A stretch of DNA of 64,000 bases from Antedon mediterranea (GCF_964355755.1 NC_092680.1:13153045-13217044); one strand, 5' to 3'. Numbered from the stretch's first letter, positions 1-13,686 are shown. The notes: a model not told the origin generated them from the sequence alone. Translations and numbers: made by a program.

Positions 1-391
1 GTTCCACGCTAGGTTGTCTTTAAACTTTAGAGTCAAATTTATTAAACATTTTAGCAACAAAATCATATTAACTTTGTTCAATGATTTTGCTTATGTTAGT
101 TCATCAGTTCAGCAAATATTAATATTTTGTTTTATATCTTAGAAATTTTATTAAATAAACAAATTGTTTGAAACTTAGTTTCTATTCTACATCTTGGAGT
201 AGCAAGTGTATTATATAATTTCTATCAACAATATGGGGTGCTATCTTCGCATTAATAACCTAAAAGAGCATAAACGACGATATTTTTTTCATACTGAGAT
301 CATATTATTTATTTTGTTAGGAAATAATTTTAGTAGCATTTTGTTGTTTTTGTTCACAATTTGTTGTTTTGTTTATCCCAGTTAACTTTAA

Positions 392-648
392 AGATGTATT
401 GTCCCCCTGAAATTTTTTTTTTTTTTAATAGTTATCCACTTTGAACAAAAATTGAATCGAACAAAAATGTATTTACCTGAAAAAATTAATGTAAAGCAAA
501 AATACTAGTCAAATTGGTTGCCAGCCAATGGGTGTTTGGTTGAATTTAACCATTTATTTTGTCATTTTATATGAGAAAACATTTTTTTATGGAAGGTATT
601 AACTTATTAAACTGCAAAATTACCTATGTTTTTAGGGACAATACACCT
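392..648 (+). mobile_element. Kolobok-like non-autonomous DNA transposon (family A)
   Basis: TTAA|AGATGTATTGTCCCC...GGGACAATACACCT|TTAA. TTAA target duplication with 5'-AG..CT-3' termini is the Kolobok signature; the body is shared with other copies in the window. Confidence 0.85.
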
Positions 649-1054
649 TTAAGAATTGTTCGTAGTGTGTGCGTTATTTAGGGTCATGGTTTTGCGCTTC
701 CTTTGGGAGGTTGGCCTACAGAGATAATTGCTATTAATGAATGTAGTTGAAGTAGAGCTCAAAGGAACTGAATAATCGATTGGAAATCAGAAAATTACAA
801 AAGAAATAGTTTAATTATGATTTTCCGCTTTTCTGAATATTGATCTTGTTAACAACTGCGTCGATAGAACCAAGCGATGACGAAAGTCTTATAGCGTTTG
901 ATCCCAACTCGTATTTCTCTTAATTAATCCTGTAAGCAACTTGATTGAATATGAATTAAATCGCAAATAATTCGTTTGTTTTGGACAGCTCGTTGTCTTC
1001 TTGTCAGTGCGTGCCGAATAATAATAGTGCAATTTCACAGCTGTAGTTGACAAT

Positions 1055-1590
1055 TGTCCACTGTGGGTTTAAATATACTTCTACTACGGTGCTACGCCGA
1101 TGTGTATTGGATTGAAGGCTATGGTAATTTTGTACTAATAAAAAGAAAAGACCATACTAATAATGAATACATCACACCACCTTTTTTGTCTCCTTACTAA
1201 AGCATATATTTACTACGAATATTAACAAATAATTGATATGTCCCACTGTGTGTTTAATACTACCATGTGTGTTATATTGCAGTCTATGATGATTTTGTAA
1301 TAATAGAATAAAAGACCATACTAATAATGAATACCACCCCCCCCCCCCTTTTCATTTTTTCTTATTACTAAAAGCGCGCATATTTACTACGAATATTAAA
1401 AGAATTGAAATGTCTACTGTGGGTTTAACACTACCATGTGTATTGGATTGCAGGCTATGATGATTTTTTAATAATAAAAGGAAAGACATACCAAAATAAA
1501 TCTATCCTTTATTTTTTGCTCCTTACCAAAGCATATTTTTGGCTTCTCAATAAAGTTGAATTAATGAATATTTACTACGAATATTTAAAA
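1055..1590. repeat. Diverged ~180-bp tandem repeat x3
   Basis: TGTCCACTGTGGGTTTAA..AAAGACCATACTAATAATGAATAC..ATATTTACTACGAATATT recurs at ~1055, 1239 and 1411. Confidence 0.85.
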
Positions 1591-1698
1591 GAAAGGATGA
1601 ATAAAAAGATGGCATTGGGGTTTAGCACGGTTATAAATCGGTAATGATACGCCCTCATACGCCCTCATTACTACAGTACAGTTTCAATGCACTTCTAA

Positions 1699-1857
1699 AG
1701 CTCTGTCTACATTATCAAACATTTTGTGATAAACTAATGTGATGTGCCCATATATGCACATGATGATGTCATATCAGTACCATATTTGGGCATATCTGTA
1801 CCATATTTGGGCACATCACACTTTTTGTCAAACTAGTTTGATAGTGTAGACAGCGCT
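1699..1857 (+). mobile_element. PIF/Harbinger-like (Tourist-type) MITE, family B
   Basis: TIRs AGCTCTGTCTACATTATCAAAC / GTTTGATAGTGTAGACAGCGCT, flanked by TAA and TTA; internal repeat TACCATATTTGGGCA. Confidence 0.8.
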
Positions 1858-2185
1858 TTACTTAATACAGTATAACGATATTAACTACAGTGATTCATTA
1901 GATGACAAACTACAATCAATACTAATCAAGTTACTGGCTATTTCATAATTAAATAAAAACGAACAAATGAAGGAAAACAGGCTATATTTACGGTGTTAAC
2001 GTTAACTGCCTAATGTCGACATTCCATCTATTATAATAACATATGCCTTCTGCTGTTTTGATCGAGATATCAGACCTCATAATTCAAATCTTTTTTTCAT
2101 TATGTAATTCTTTTTTATTTCAAAATGTATGTATCTGTGATTTACGGTAATACAAATACAGTATAATAGTAATAATAACAGTAGT

Positions 2186-2395
2186 GGAGCTGTAGCGTGG
2201 TGTGGTTAACATGCTTGCCTCAATCTTAAGGTCCAGGGTTCAATCCTGACCTACTGACAGGGTTATAACTCACGACACTCCCTAAGCCTCAAATGAGACA
2301 TAGTTATTATAAGCATGATAAATTATCAAATAGTTTATCCATCCTGTAATTTGCGGGTTACTCGCTGTTGGATGCGTGTGAAATAAAATAAAAAA
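2186..2395 (+). mobile_element. tRNA-derived SINE
   Basis: A-box-like TAGCGTGGTGTGG and B box GGTTCAATCC at tRNA spacing without a full cloverleaf. The tail (AAGCATGATAAA..AAATAG..TTGGATGCGT plus A-rich end) recurs at ~15779-15826. Confidence 0.6.
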
Positions 2396-2882
2396 GCACT
2401 AATCGTTCGTTGTTCGTTCTCCTAATACAGCCGTTGCTTAGCAAAACAAATAATATCCATAAAATAAGTTAATTGGAAGCACCATACTTATCTACACCTC
2501 GATCCCCGTAACGCACTAGAGTCACGCTAACGTAAAATGCGTGGTGGCACTGTACTTACGGAGAAAGTGTAATGCACTGATAACTAATAATGGAAACTCG
2601 CCTTATTCCAAATGCCATTGAGTGTTGTGCAGTTATTTAAATTCGTTAGGCCTTAGGGTCTACAATGCAGTGTAATAACATAAAAATATTACGTCACGAA
2701 AGAAAAAAAATCAGGATTACAAGTTATTAAAAATTGCAATTAAAATGACAAATGGCAAGATATTAGAAAAAAAGAATATTTTCATATCTATAATTTAACA
2801 TGTTTTTTAAATCATGATCTCCTCCGGTTACTTAATCAGTGCAAGAAACTGTAATCATTTTATCTGGAATCATATCTTTTAA

Positions 2883-3210
2883 AGATGTATTGTCCCCAAA
2901 AACATGAAAAATCAAGATTAATTAAATCAGACTTTGAATAAGTTATTTTGTAGTTTTAATAAATGTAATCACTTCCGTAGAAAAAACTGTTTTCACTTAT
3001 AAAATAATACAATAAATGGTTAAATTCAACCATAAATCCTTTGGCTGGCTGCCAATCTGACTGTTTTTTGCTTAAAATTACAGTTTATTTTGGGTAAATA
3101 CATTTTTTTAGATCCAATTTTATCCAACAGTGTATAACTATTATATGGCATTAAAATGGCATAATTAAAAAAAAAAGTTAAAAATTATTTGTCAGGGGGA
3201 CAATACATCT
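2883..3210 (-). mobile_element. Kolobok-like MITE family A, inverted copy
   Basis: TTAA|AGATGTATTGTCCCC...GGGGACAATACATCT|TTAA with perfect TIRs; body is the reverse complement of the other copies. Confidence 0.88.
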
Positions 3211-3966
3211 TTAAATAGTTTAGATTTGATATTGGGTCTATGCATTACAACATGGTTGCGTTATCGCAGCAAAGTAATTTTTAAAATAATTATTAGAAAT
3301 TCTTTAGTCAGCGATTTTTACACGCGCGTGTAGATGTTGTTGAAAATGGTAGGTACGCGTGCGTTCAACTGCTGATATGGTACGGGAAAGAACCTATACA
3401 AAATCCAGCACTAGTTTTAATGATTATATTCCGTAGAAACTATTTTCAATAGTAAGAAAATGGAATGTTTACATCCCATTGTAACCTCACTTTTTTTAAT
3501 TGTAATTTGTAAAAGTAATATTTGTTCATGCCCAGTAAGACGATTTATTCAGTGTGTACGATATTGATAATATGAAAGATTATCTATTCCGAGGCCTTCG
3601 TACTTGACAGATAAAAATGTGATGCATTATTTATACGAAATGATTAAGATTAAATATTAATATAAGTCAATTTATTCCGTCGAACATTTCAACTATGAAC
3701 GCATTAAAAAGAAATCATATTATTATATAATAGAAAGTATGACACATTGTGCTGTGCATTTTTTTAATTTATTATTGTTAGAGAATTGGTTAAAAGTAAC
3801 TGAAAATGTTTTAAAACAAATTAAATTAACGGTTTATTTTGTCTTTTTCTATATGTAATTATTATTTTTGTCCACTATTTTCCCGGAACTTCACAACTAA
3901 AGAAAAAACTACAAAATATTCTAAAAAGTTAGTATGTTAACACAGGAAGGATAGAACTACTCTACT

Positions 3967-4056
3967 GGAGTGAAGTTGTGGCTTGGTGGTTAGGAGTGGA
4001 GTTACCAATATAAGGGTCCTGGGTTCAATTCCTGTCATAGGTCAGGATTTTTTCTC
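3967..4056 (+). mobile_element. tRNA-derived SINE head / tRNA pseudogene
   Basis: A box TGGCTTGGTGG and B box GGTTCAATTCC followed by a T run; acceptor and anticodon stems do not pair. Confidence 0.55.
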
Positions 4057-4595
4057 ATACTTAATATGTATGTCTATCATAAAGTTCCAACCTGTTTGTT
4101 AGAGATCAATAAGTTCGACCTACACCAACTATCGTTCCATGGTATTTATTTTTATCTAAAATTCTCTAAGCCTCAATTATTTCTGGATTTCTCGATGTTA
4201 GCCGATCTCAGCCTGGGTGGTGTTATGAAACAACGACTTTAGGTTGTCATATCAGTACCATATTTGGGTACTATTTAATAACACTAAATTAAGCAATATA
4301 CCAGAATATAATTCTTTTCCAATGTTCGCACTAACTATATGACTCCATGTATTTTGTTGTTCGAGATGCAATAATATATAGAATATACAGTACATGATGA
4401 GATTAGGAATATTTGTATTTAAATCTGTAAATGTACGGTACTATGTTTACCTTTTATCAGCTATGATATTAGCAAAGTCGAGTAGAACTTAGCAAGCAAT
4501 CAAGTTGTGGATTTAGATAGAAATCGTTTTGTAAATTGTTCCTGTATTGAAAAAGACCTAGAACAAGCGATGACGTCGGTTTGTGTTGTAATATA

Positions 4596-4671
4596 GTCTG
4601 GCCCTTGGCATTCACCGCGTGCCTTAATTGCAAATGAACATCAAGGAATGCAGTGAACACTAAGAAATGAC
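4596..4671 (-). ncRNA. mir-124: pre-miR-124 hairpin (mature miR-124-3p at 4605-4626; 5p arm ~4640-4661)
   Basis: Reverse complement of 4605-4626 is UAAGGCACGCGGUGAAUGCCAA, the conserved mature miR-124. The opposite arm GUGUUCACUGCAUUCCUUGAU pairs with it and resembles known miR-124-5p (CGUGUUCACAGCGGACCUUGAU). The lower stem extends to GUC...GAC. Confidence 0.97.
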
Positions 4672-5098
4672 TATTATACCTCAGAGGGCGCTTTTTGTTA
4701 TTCGTTTCCATTAGTCCGCTCGAACAGTCACAGCTTGAATCCATACATTCAAGATAGTGTTGTGCTCCAGAAAAAGATGAAAATTGGCATTTACAACGCA
4801 GAGTCTCATGAATTTTAAATGTTGACGAATTGCTGTAGGAAAAAAACACGAGTCCGTATAGAATAAATTCGACACTATGGTTGTACTGTAATTCAGCTTT
4901 CCTATCAATTATTATGTAAGATCATTCATGAAGTTGAGAAAAAATATCCATTCCTCTTAAAACTATGTGATTCGTATTATTGCATTGACACAACTTCTGT
5001 TAACCTTTGACATTAAAATGGTAGAAAAGTAGAGTATGTATTCACACATTTATACATGTCAGAGTTCAGTTTATCTACACTAACCCATTGACCTTTAA

Positions 5099-5455
5099 AG
5101 GTGTATTGTCCCCCTGAAAAAACAATTCTGAAAAAAAAATTGTTGTTGAATATTCCATTTTAATTTAACATAATAGTTATCCACACAAAAAAATTGGATC
5201 GAAAAAAAATATATTTACCTGAAAAAAATGTAATTTAAAACAAAAATGGTCAAATTGGCAGCCAGCCAATGGATTTTTGATTGAATTTAACCATTTATTT
5301 TGTCATTTTATAAGTAAAAACATTATTTTTTTATATTTTTTTTCTATAGAACTGATTAAATTTATTAAAACTGCAAAATAGAATATAATAGAATAATAAG
5401 TCTGATTTAATTTATCTTTATTTTTTTTTTCATGTTTTTGGAGGACAATACATCT
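5099..5455 (+). mobile_element. Kolobok-like MITE family A
   Basis: TTAA|AGGTGTATTGTCCCC...GGACAATACATCT|TTAA with the shared body (ATAGTTATCCAC, GCAGCCAGCCAATGG). Confidence 0.88.
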
Positions 5456-5893
5456 TTAAATAACGTTTCAAACGTCATATTTCTATTATTATAAACCCCC
5501 GGTTATTATATAACAACAAATATGAGTAATATATTCTTGTATTCTATAGTTTAGTAATAAACTTTTCAACTATATGATTTATAGTTACCCTTTGGCTGAT
5601 TATAGATTGAACAAATTTTAGTTTCAGTTTAGTATTTTGTAAATAAATTAAAGAATTTTGAAGTCCTTAATGTAATATGGCGCGCGGAAGACGGCACCGT
5701 TCAATTTTTTTTCTTAGTAATACCATGTCCTCCGGTCTTGTAAGATCTTCATCAGGCGAGGTTTTAAATCTAGGATGAATACAAAATGATTACCTATATA
5801 CCTATATAGTAGGCCTAGTATTTAAATTAGTGTAAAATAGAGTGTAAAGAAACACATAGTGAAATATAACCCTCTATTTGATGGATAAGGAAC

Positions 5894-6110
5894 CATGTCA
5901 AAATTATTCTACTGCGCAGTAACTGCATATTGTTTAACTCATACAAACTAGTTAGTGCAATTATTTAGCAACATTTACTGGATAATCGTACACACTGACT
6001 GATGCAGCAACTGCCTCACAAACTTCTACATTAAAACAAACGAAAATCATATGTTACTACAGTAAAACATGTAGTTACTGCAGTAACTGCTGTAGAACAA
6101 TTTTGACATG
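5894..6110. mobile_element. MITE-like element with terminal inverted repeats (family C)
   Basis: CATGTCAAAATTATTCTAC / GTAGAACAATTTTGACATG (1 mismatch) with sub-terminal CAGTAACTGC motifs. A related degraded piece lies at ~49290-49455. Confidence 0.6.
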
Positions 6111-7432
6111 ATCTCTAACAACTAGTCGATGGTTCATGGCAATTTCTCAGATATCTATTAATAACGTGCAATATGACCCAGAGAGTCAAAAATTAATACA
6201 AAAAATGATCATCTTTGTAATTATGCTATGATATCTGGAAAACATTTTTTCTAAAATTATTATATGGGTTAATAATTATTTCTGGCAAAAATAATTAAAT
6301 TCATAGATTAGGAAGGTAGGATATCAGCATATTCATCAATATTTAGCGATGCCCTGGCAACTATCGTACCTCTGGGAACCAGTAAGTATTGATTAAACTG
6401 ATGCTTGCTTGCGTACGCTATTTGAAATAAGAGGGTGTATGTTTTAATAAGTACACTATAGACGTAGACAAAGGCATTTTTTTCCTTCTGTAACGGATTT
6501 TGTCATAAAATATTTGTTCTTCGAAACATTACACCTGTCTCCGTTGCGTTATATCGTTAAGACAACACACATTATATCAGCAGTATCAATAAACTGCCAT
6601 ATAGTTCTTTGTCTAACGTATAAAATTAAAACACAAAGGTAAATCATCAAATGGTTCCACGTGGTCATCTTAACATGAAACACAATAGTTAAAGTTATTA
6701 TCTCAGAAACAAATACATTTTTCAAATTCGTATTGGATCAAATAAAATGTTTTCAACATTTCAAACTGACCAAAGTACTCTACTGCAGGAAATTTGATAA
6801 ATCATTAAAATGTATAGCTTTTAAGGAATTTAACATATATGTGCTGCCTTCATTGGTTGCTTAAAGAATGCGACACATTTTGTTTAATTATCATATTTCT
6901 CCCTTTAACCATATCATTTGTATGAATGGACATTCGATCGAGAACATCAATTTCTAGAATATCGGTTCGAATTGAACCGTCCTATCTTTTTTTTCTGCTT
7001 TTCTAATCACCTCTGGTAATGTGATAATTAGAAAAAATTATTTCTTGATGCACTTGAAATACTGTTTTGTAGAATGTGCAATGTGTGTAATACTAAGTAA
7101 TGCTTAGTATATTTCTAGACAAAAAATATTATATTTTTTTTATTTCTGATACAAAAAAGCTTTTAATTCTGAGTGTAGTGTAATGTACAATGTTTTTTCC
7201 CTTTTTTTTTTGTGAAACTGAGTAGACTTTTTCATACTATTTGTATCATGGTAGTATATCACGATGGGTTGACCTTCCTCATTACCTCAGGTGAAGTGTA
7301 AATTCATTCCTAATAATAAATATCGAAGAAAGATCACAGCAATTTTTACGCTGACCGAAACATGTTTTTCTTTATATAGTATGTTCATCAATACATTCTG
7401 ATATGATCAGCTTAACAATTGTTGCGATGTTT

Positions 7433-7560
7433 AAAAAATGTGGTGTGCCCATATATGGACATGATGATGTCATATCACTACCATATCGGGGCATATCACT
7501 ACCATATTTGGGCACATCGCACTTTTTTTGTCAAACTACTTTGATAGTGTAGACAGCGCT
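7433..7560 (+). mobile_element. Family B MITE lacking its left TIR
   Basis: Same body (GTGCCCATATATGGACATGATGATGTCATATCACTACC) and right TIR ...GATAGTGTAGACAGCGCT|TTA. Confidence 0.75.
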
Positions 7561-9389
7561 TTAGATGCATTGTAATGGTTCTGTCAAATTGACCCTTGGT
7601 GAAATTAAATGTATGAGTCAGGTTACGAATGTGTATTCTGATAGTGTGTGTCATGGTGGTGTGGCTGTTTGCCTTGCTTATCATCCTTAAGGTGTGTGTT
7701 CAAGTTTAAGTTCCTTGACAATAAATGTATTAATAACTATTAATGCAATATATGAAATTGCTATAGGCCTAGAAGACTTCGTTACGAATGTCGAATCAAA
7801 AAGTAGGACGAGAGGTCAATGGTTTTTCCATATCAGAACTAGGATGCAGAGGTATTAGAACAAAAATTAGGACAACATTTTCTAAGTTTGAATTTCCAAT
7901 TATGATCTAATTTTCCACTGAGTAAATAATTATAACGAAATAGAATTATTACACTAAAGTAATATAATACAAAATCATTTGTTTAGAATTAAAATAACAT
8001 TTTTCATTTGTTATGGAATTCATCAAGTCTTACAAACGTTAACAATGTTTTTTTCAATATCTCTTAAACAATTAGTAATAATCATAATGCTTTAATAGGC
8101 TTAATATCATTCGATCATCAAAGTGACCTATTCAAATTTCCATTTACCAATATCAATCATGATGTTTTATTGTAATATATTTTAAAATATGTATTCATTC
8201 GATTTAAAATTGTATCTTGAGATGCTGAGAACGATAATAGCATTTTTGACTTTATCACGTATATTCTTACTTTGATTGATGAGAAAATAAGAAATTCAAA
8301 ACATGTATCATATCATTACTGACAATGATAATTTCCAACACAATTAAAGTATAAAAAAGCTTTTGATTAAAGAGAAGTCCATTAGAAATTTAACTCGCAT
8401 ACTCGACATACCGGACTCGACTATGTGAGTTCGAACAATATGTTTTTGTTTTCTCTTTTTTTGTAACTTGTTAATTTTCCACTAATCTCAGATATATTTT
8501 GTTTCTAAATTTGTACTGTTATTCACTATTGTTGTATAAAGTTGGTGTTTATCATTATTTTCTGCAATCAATACTTTGGAAAGACTACGTTGGTTTATAA
8601 CGACCACGTAAAACTCATCCTAAACCGTCACATTGTGGTTAGCTGTATTTTCTATTTTTAATAATGTGATTGTCTTTATACAATTGTCACCATTCTTTTG
8701 TGATAATAATGAGTAATAAATAGTGGGTATTTATTATATTTATAAATAACAATAATAGTTAAGTTTCTACTTAATAGCTTTCTGATTGGATATTTTTGAA
8801 TAACGATTTTTTGTTCTCCTTTGTGGAGATTCCACACACTTTTATTTCTTGTATAGAAATGCATATTTAATAAATATAAATTATATGGTCATATTTATAT
8901 TTTTCATTAATAACATGTTCATAAATATGTTTCTCTACTCTACTATATTCAAGGTGTATATAACTTATAGATATATAACATAACTAAAATACAGCATTTA
9001 TATTTCATAAATCATTATAATACAGTATATATTTTTTTTAAATGATAATGAACTGACATATAGACGCCTTCTGATCAATATACCATGAACTGTTGTTATC
9101 AATAACACGTCATAGACGTAGAGTGACATCTATAATAGTTTTATCGAATAAACTTCATTAAGCTATGCTATGTATAACGTGTTTACAAAAAGATAGATAT
9201 ATGCCAGGTAAAACAAGTTATTCTGTTTATCTTATCGTATGATAGTTTTTCATTTAAATGACTCATTTATACTAGACGTATTATTAAGTGAGTTATCAAT
9301 TTTAAATGTGACTTGAAGTCCTGATGTGACTAGAAGTCTCTTTTTGTAAGTTAAGCATTTTACAGAAATGGCGACAGATGGCATTTGTC

Positions 9390-9695
9390 TTTAGGCGATT
9401 GACAATTATTCCCCTTATTCAGCACACAGTGGTGCTGTAGTGATGTTTCTTCTCTGGATCCTGTCGAGACCATTAAGTTAAAGTCTTAATGTAATGTACT
9501 ACGATCCATTTTAATTCCAGTTTATCAGGAGAGACAGGGGCAATGTTACTTTAATGTATTTTTATGCGTATTGTTTAGGTGACAATTACTAAACTCCTCT
9601 GAATTTGGACGACAGTCTGTTGTTCTGGAGGTCTGTTTCTTTTCTGGGTCCTGTCGAGAATGTTTAATTAAAGTCTTTCATTTTAAATTCAGTTA
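9390..9695. repeat. Old imperfect ~190-bp local duplication
   Basis: TGACAATTA..TGTTTCTT.TCTGG.TCCTGTCGAGA..TTAAAGTCTT occurs twice (TCCTGTCGAGA at ~9459 and ~9649). Confidence 0.65.
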
Positions 9696-12139
9696 TGTTA
9701 ATTTTTTTTTAAAGATTATTAAGATTGATAACCAAGACAGTATAATCAATAATATTAAGGAACTTGAATTGTTTGGTTACTACGAGTTTGCTATTTTCTA
9801 AAAAATTATTCCTGATTTTGTTATTTATCCGTAGGCATACCTTATCTTATCTGATGTGAATAAAGTTCACTATTTCGAATTTTAATTTAGTAACATCAAT
9901 CTGATACATTCTTCATATGCCAAATACTCTACTAAAAGTTTTTAATATAGCTGTTTTTCTATCTAAATACATTATTTGTCATGAATGAATGAAAAAAAGA
10001 TAATATTTATAGATTAAAATGAATGTGCCACTTGACTTTTTCATAACTCTAATAATAACGGGCATTGAACTTATTTAAAGTAATCACAAACATAAATTGA
10101 TTTTGAATTAAATATAAATTTTACAATTATTATTTTACAGTCAGTATGGCATCATAAATGATATACTGTTAAGATTCTCTTCTAATTTGATATTTATTTG
10201 CCATCTGTTTGAAGAGCTTTTCGTTTGATTCCCTCATATAGACGAGTTTCTTATAGTATAAGTATGAATGTAATGCTATTTGATGATCGTGTACTAACCC
10301 AAGTTCTGTAAATATCACTGACATTTAAAGAGTAGTTGATGGCATGACTGAGTGCTTGTCAATACAGTTAAACAAGATTCCAAGTTACTTATACATTTTG
10401 TATATAATAAAGCCTATGTTGTAATTTGGTAATTTTTCTTTATTCTATATTTATTTCTATTATTTATTTAAGGGTTGTTCATCCAATTTGGTAAGACATT
10501 AACATACAACAATTTTGTATTTTGTATTTAATTGTATTATAAAACCAATATTTCGAAGAAAAAGAATGATAACCATCTGTAATTATAACATAGACAATTT
10601 GACAACATTTATTTCCAAGGATTTTCTCTCGTTATTTCCGGTCGTTGGTACACATACATTGTGAAAAGGCATTTAGGGCCAGCCAGGGAGTAATTCCTCA
10701 CTACAGTTGTATTTAAATATTGACACCATTGTACTTTACATGTACCGTACATGTTTTACTCCTGTGTGTCAAGATAGCTACAATTAAGAACACATCCTTA
10801 TTTGAATACCACTGAGTAAGGAGTGGACTTTTTAAAGATCCCATGCTTAGTTTAATTACGACTGTACCAACTCTCTCCCGAGTGCTGGCATTGATAGGTA
10901 AGTGCTTTTGAGCAGTTGTTTAGTTATATTTACGTGAATGTGCACATGAGTGCAAGATCGTACAGAGTAATCTAAGTTATTTGTTTATATGATAATGAAA
11001 GTATATTTAAAGCTAAAATTACATATAGTATTGAAAAATTACTTTTCGATCAGACCTAAAAGCTTGTTCATAGATACAATTTCAACTGATACGGTATACA
11101 TATGAAAGTAAAACTATTGAGCTTTTGTAGTTGAATTCTTTTTAGTTTTATCCCTATTTTTCCTGCATATTGGAAATTTTGTAAAATATTTCAGATGAAA
11201 AATACTCTTCTGTGATTGGTTAATGTATTGAAGCATTTTTATTACTGAAACAATACTTATAAATCAAGTGAGTCAGTCTAATTGAATAATTTCGACGTGT
11301 CGAACTTCTTTAAGCAATCTCGTTCGAGTCAACGTAGTGGATAAAGACAATAAAACATGCCTAATGGCTACTTAAATGACAAATTATGACTGATATCTTT
11401 GCAAATTTTAAACAAACAGAATGATAATAGAAAGAGTAGAAGTTCCAATAACAAAATAAACAATAGGCATTTTCCGTAAATGCAAATTCATTCCTTTTGA
11501 ATTTACCCCGCAAGACCACGCGCAACGCAAGCAATTTGGCCAATAACAAGAGGCAGTTCAAATTACTTGTATTACATTGCCTTCCCTTGGGTATCGTGTA
11601 CATAACTGAATAATATTATTTTAATCATAAGTTAATTTAAGAAGAAATTAAAAGTTACGTACCTACACATAATGAATTGGGAAACGTTATCTAATAACAT
11701 TTTGTTGCTGCTTGTCGACTCATTAACAGTATGGATTCGTCACATTATATGTAAATACATTCTGAAAAAAAAATATATCAGGTTTACTTGCATTGACATA
11801 AACAACATGTTGAGATGTAATGATTTATCCAACTATATGATAAAACAACTGGCAAGACTTTGTGTTCAGATTGATTGATTTATGTTCACATTTACAATGG
11901 TCATCGAATCGTTTATTGAAATGACTTGATGATCTTCTTTCACTCTCACTAACATTACATCCGGGTTATCTTTAGTTTGCACACAGACTACATGTTTCGC
12001 ACACTATACAGCTTGGTTCTCACTAGAGGCGCAACGCAACGAAAACCTTAGTGAGTTGACCAATCACAACTATTCGGATGATTCATCGCGTTGGGATTGG
12101 TCAAATCACTTGCGGCGAGCTTACATCTTTGGGCTACTT

Positions 12140-12312
12140 CAAATTAAATCAAATTCAACTTTATTTGACTCCTAAACCCTTCCGATTAACTACTATTTTT
12201 TCTTTAATTTGGTTTTTTTTTTCAGATCCATTTTTTTTGTGTCAAAATTAATAACTATTATGAGACAATGATACTCAACAAAAACGAGTATTTTCAGGGA
12301 ATAATACATCTT
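12140..12312 (-). mobile_element. Degraded fragment of Kolobok-like family A
   Basis: GATCCATTTTT..ATAACTATTATG..TTTTCAGGGAATAATACATCT resembles the inverted family-A end. Confidence 0.5.
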
Positions 12313-12843
12313 CCAATAATATATCTTTTTAATGAAGTTTTGTAAAACACTGTATATTAGCAGCCAAATTTCAGATTGAGATGATGCAATAACCTCTTGT
12401 TGAGTTGGAATTGTATAATAGAGAAATTAATATCGACCATTATATTAACGCAACAAAGATGTCATTATGCCTACGTAAACTTTGTTATTCTTATACATGA
12501 TGACGTAAAGTGACGTAACGTATTTAGGTCCCTTTGGTATAGTATACATCACAGCACGGTATGTTCCAATACTTTTTGTACAACGTAGTACAAATTACCG
12601 ATGCAGGGATTTCTGAGAAATACTTATACTATTCAAGGTATTCAAGGTATAATTATGTATGGTTTATTTAATTTAGAATAATCTAGTGTTTTGAGGAGAC
12701 CTGAACCACCATTGCGACAAACGAACAGTGAACACATTCCACAGGGATATAGGCCTAGACGTAAGCCTAAGAGCCTCTCTAATGAATTACCGCAGCTAAG
12801 GTGAATATTCGCTGCTTAATCAAACGACAAAAAAAATGGGTTT

Positions 12844-13030
12844 AACCGCTTGCGTTCAACCGCTTGCGTTCAAACACGTCCGTTCAACCGCTTGCGTTCA
12901 AACACGTGCGTTCAGACACTTGCGTTCAATCACTTTGCGTTCAAACACGTGCGTTCAAACGCTTGCCTTCAACCACTTGCGTTCAATCACGTGCGTTCAA
13001 ACGCTTGCGTTCAAACGCTTGCGTTCAAAC
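12844..13030. repeat. Minisatellite of 13-15-bp units with core TGCGTTCAA
   Basis: About 13 repeats such as TTGCGTTCAACCGC, TTGCGTTCAAACACG and GTGCGTTCAAACGC. It has few stops and so yields spurious ORFs in three frames. Confidence 0.9.
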
Positions 13031-13230
13031 AACACTTTTAGACATTAAGCATGCACACATTTGCGTCAATTTTGTTATTCTGATTTTGGAAATGCAAATT
13101 TACTCCATCGAACATTTTTTTCAGGTGGTATCTCCCGTATGTAAATTACTTAATTCAGTACTCTTTGTATAATAAAGAATTACAGAAGTGTGCATAATAA
13201 TCATTATCATGTTATCACGTAAATTGAACC

Positions 13231-13309
13231 AGCGACTAACTACACACGTTTATAACATGTAAATACGTTAGCGACTAACTACACACGTTCATAACATGTA
13301 AATACGTTA
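13231..13309. repeat. 39-bp tandem duplication
   Basis: AGCGACTAACTACACACGTT(T/C)ATAACATGTAAATACGTT occurs twice. Confidence 0.9.
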
Positions 13310-13471
13310 TTCTTAGAATGCATAGTTTAAATAAAAGCATACCGTAGCCAATAAGCAAAGTAAAAGATTCGCGACAGATGACATGAGGTAGGTCGGTGAT
13401 GATGACATCGTATTGGCTCAAACCAATGACGTCATTATACATATAAAGAAATTATGTAGCTCAACTGTTAA

Positions 13472-13686
13472 AGATTGTCCCCTGAAAAAAGATTATTAAC
13501 AACATTCGTGTTGAATATGCCATTTTAATGCAACATAATAATTATCCACTTTGGCCAAAAATTGGATTGAAAAAAAATGTATTTAACTGAAAAAAAGATG
13601 GTCAAATTGGCTGCCAACAACAATAACATATTCAAAGTCTGATTTAATTAATCTTCATTTTCCATGTTTTGGGGGACAATACATCT
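13472..13686 (+). mobile_element. Kolobok-like MITE family A, internally deleted
   Basis: TTAA|AGATTGTCCCC...GGGGACAATACATCT|TTAA with the shared body. Confidence 0.8.

Noticed and set aside
4469-4849. 126-aa minus-strand ORF as a protein-coding gene
   Set aside because: Non-ATG start, no recognisable domain, and it overlaps the miR-124 hairpin. Possible minus-strand splice donors near 4450 and 4678 are unsupported.
9418-9440. REST/RE1 site upstream of miR-124 (TTCAGCAC)
   Set aside because: Only a partial left half-site; the GGACAG half is absent.
12010-12125. MITE with internal inverted GACCAATC/GATTGGTC
   Set aside because: Probably a transposon fragment (similar GCAACGCAA motif near 11520), but termini and target duplication could not be defined.
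12836-13172. Three overlapping repetitive ORFs
   Set aside because: Artefact of the stop-poor TGCGTTCAA minisatellite.
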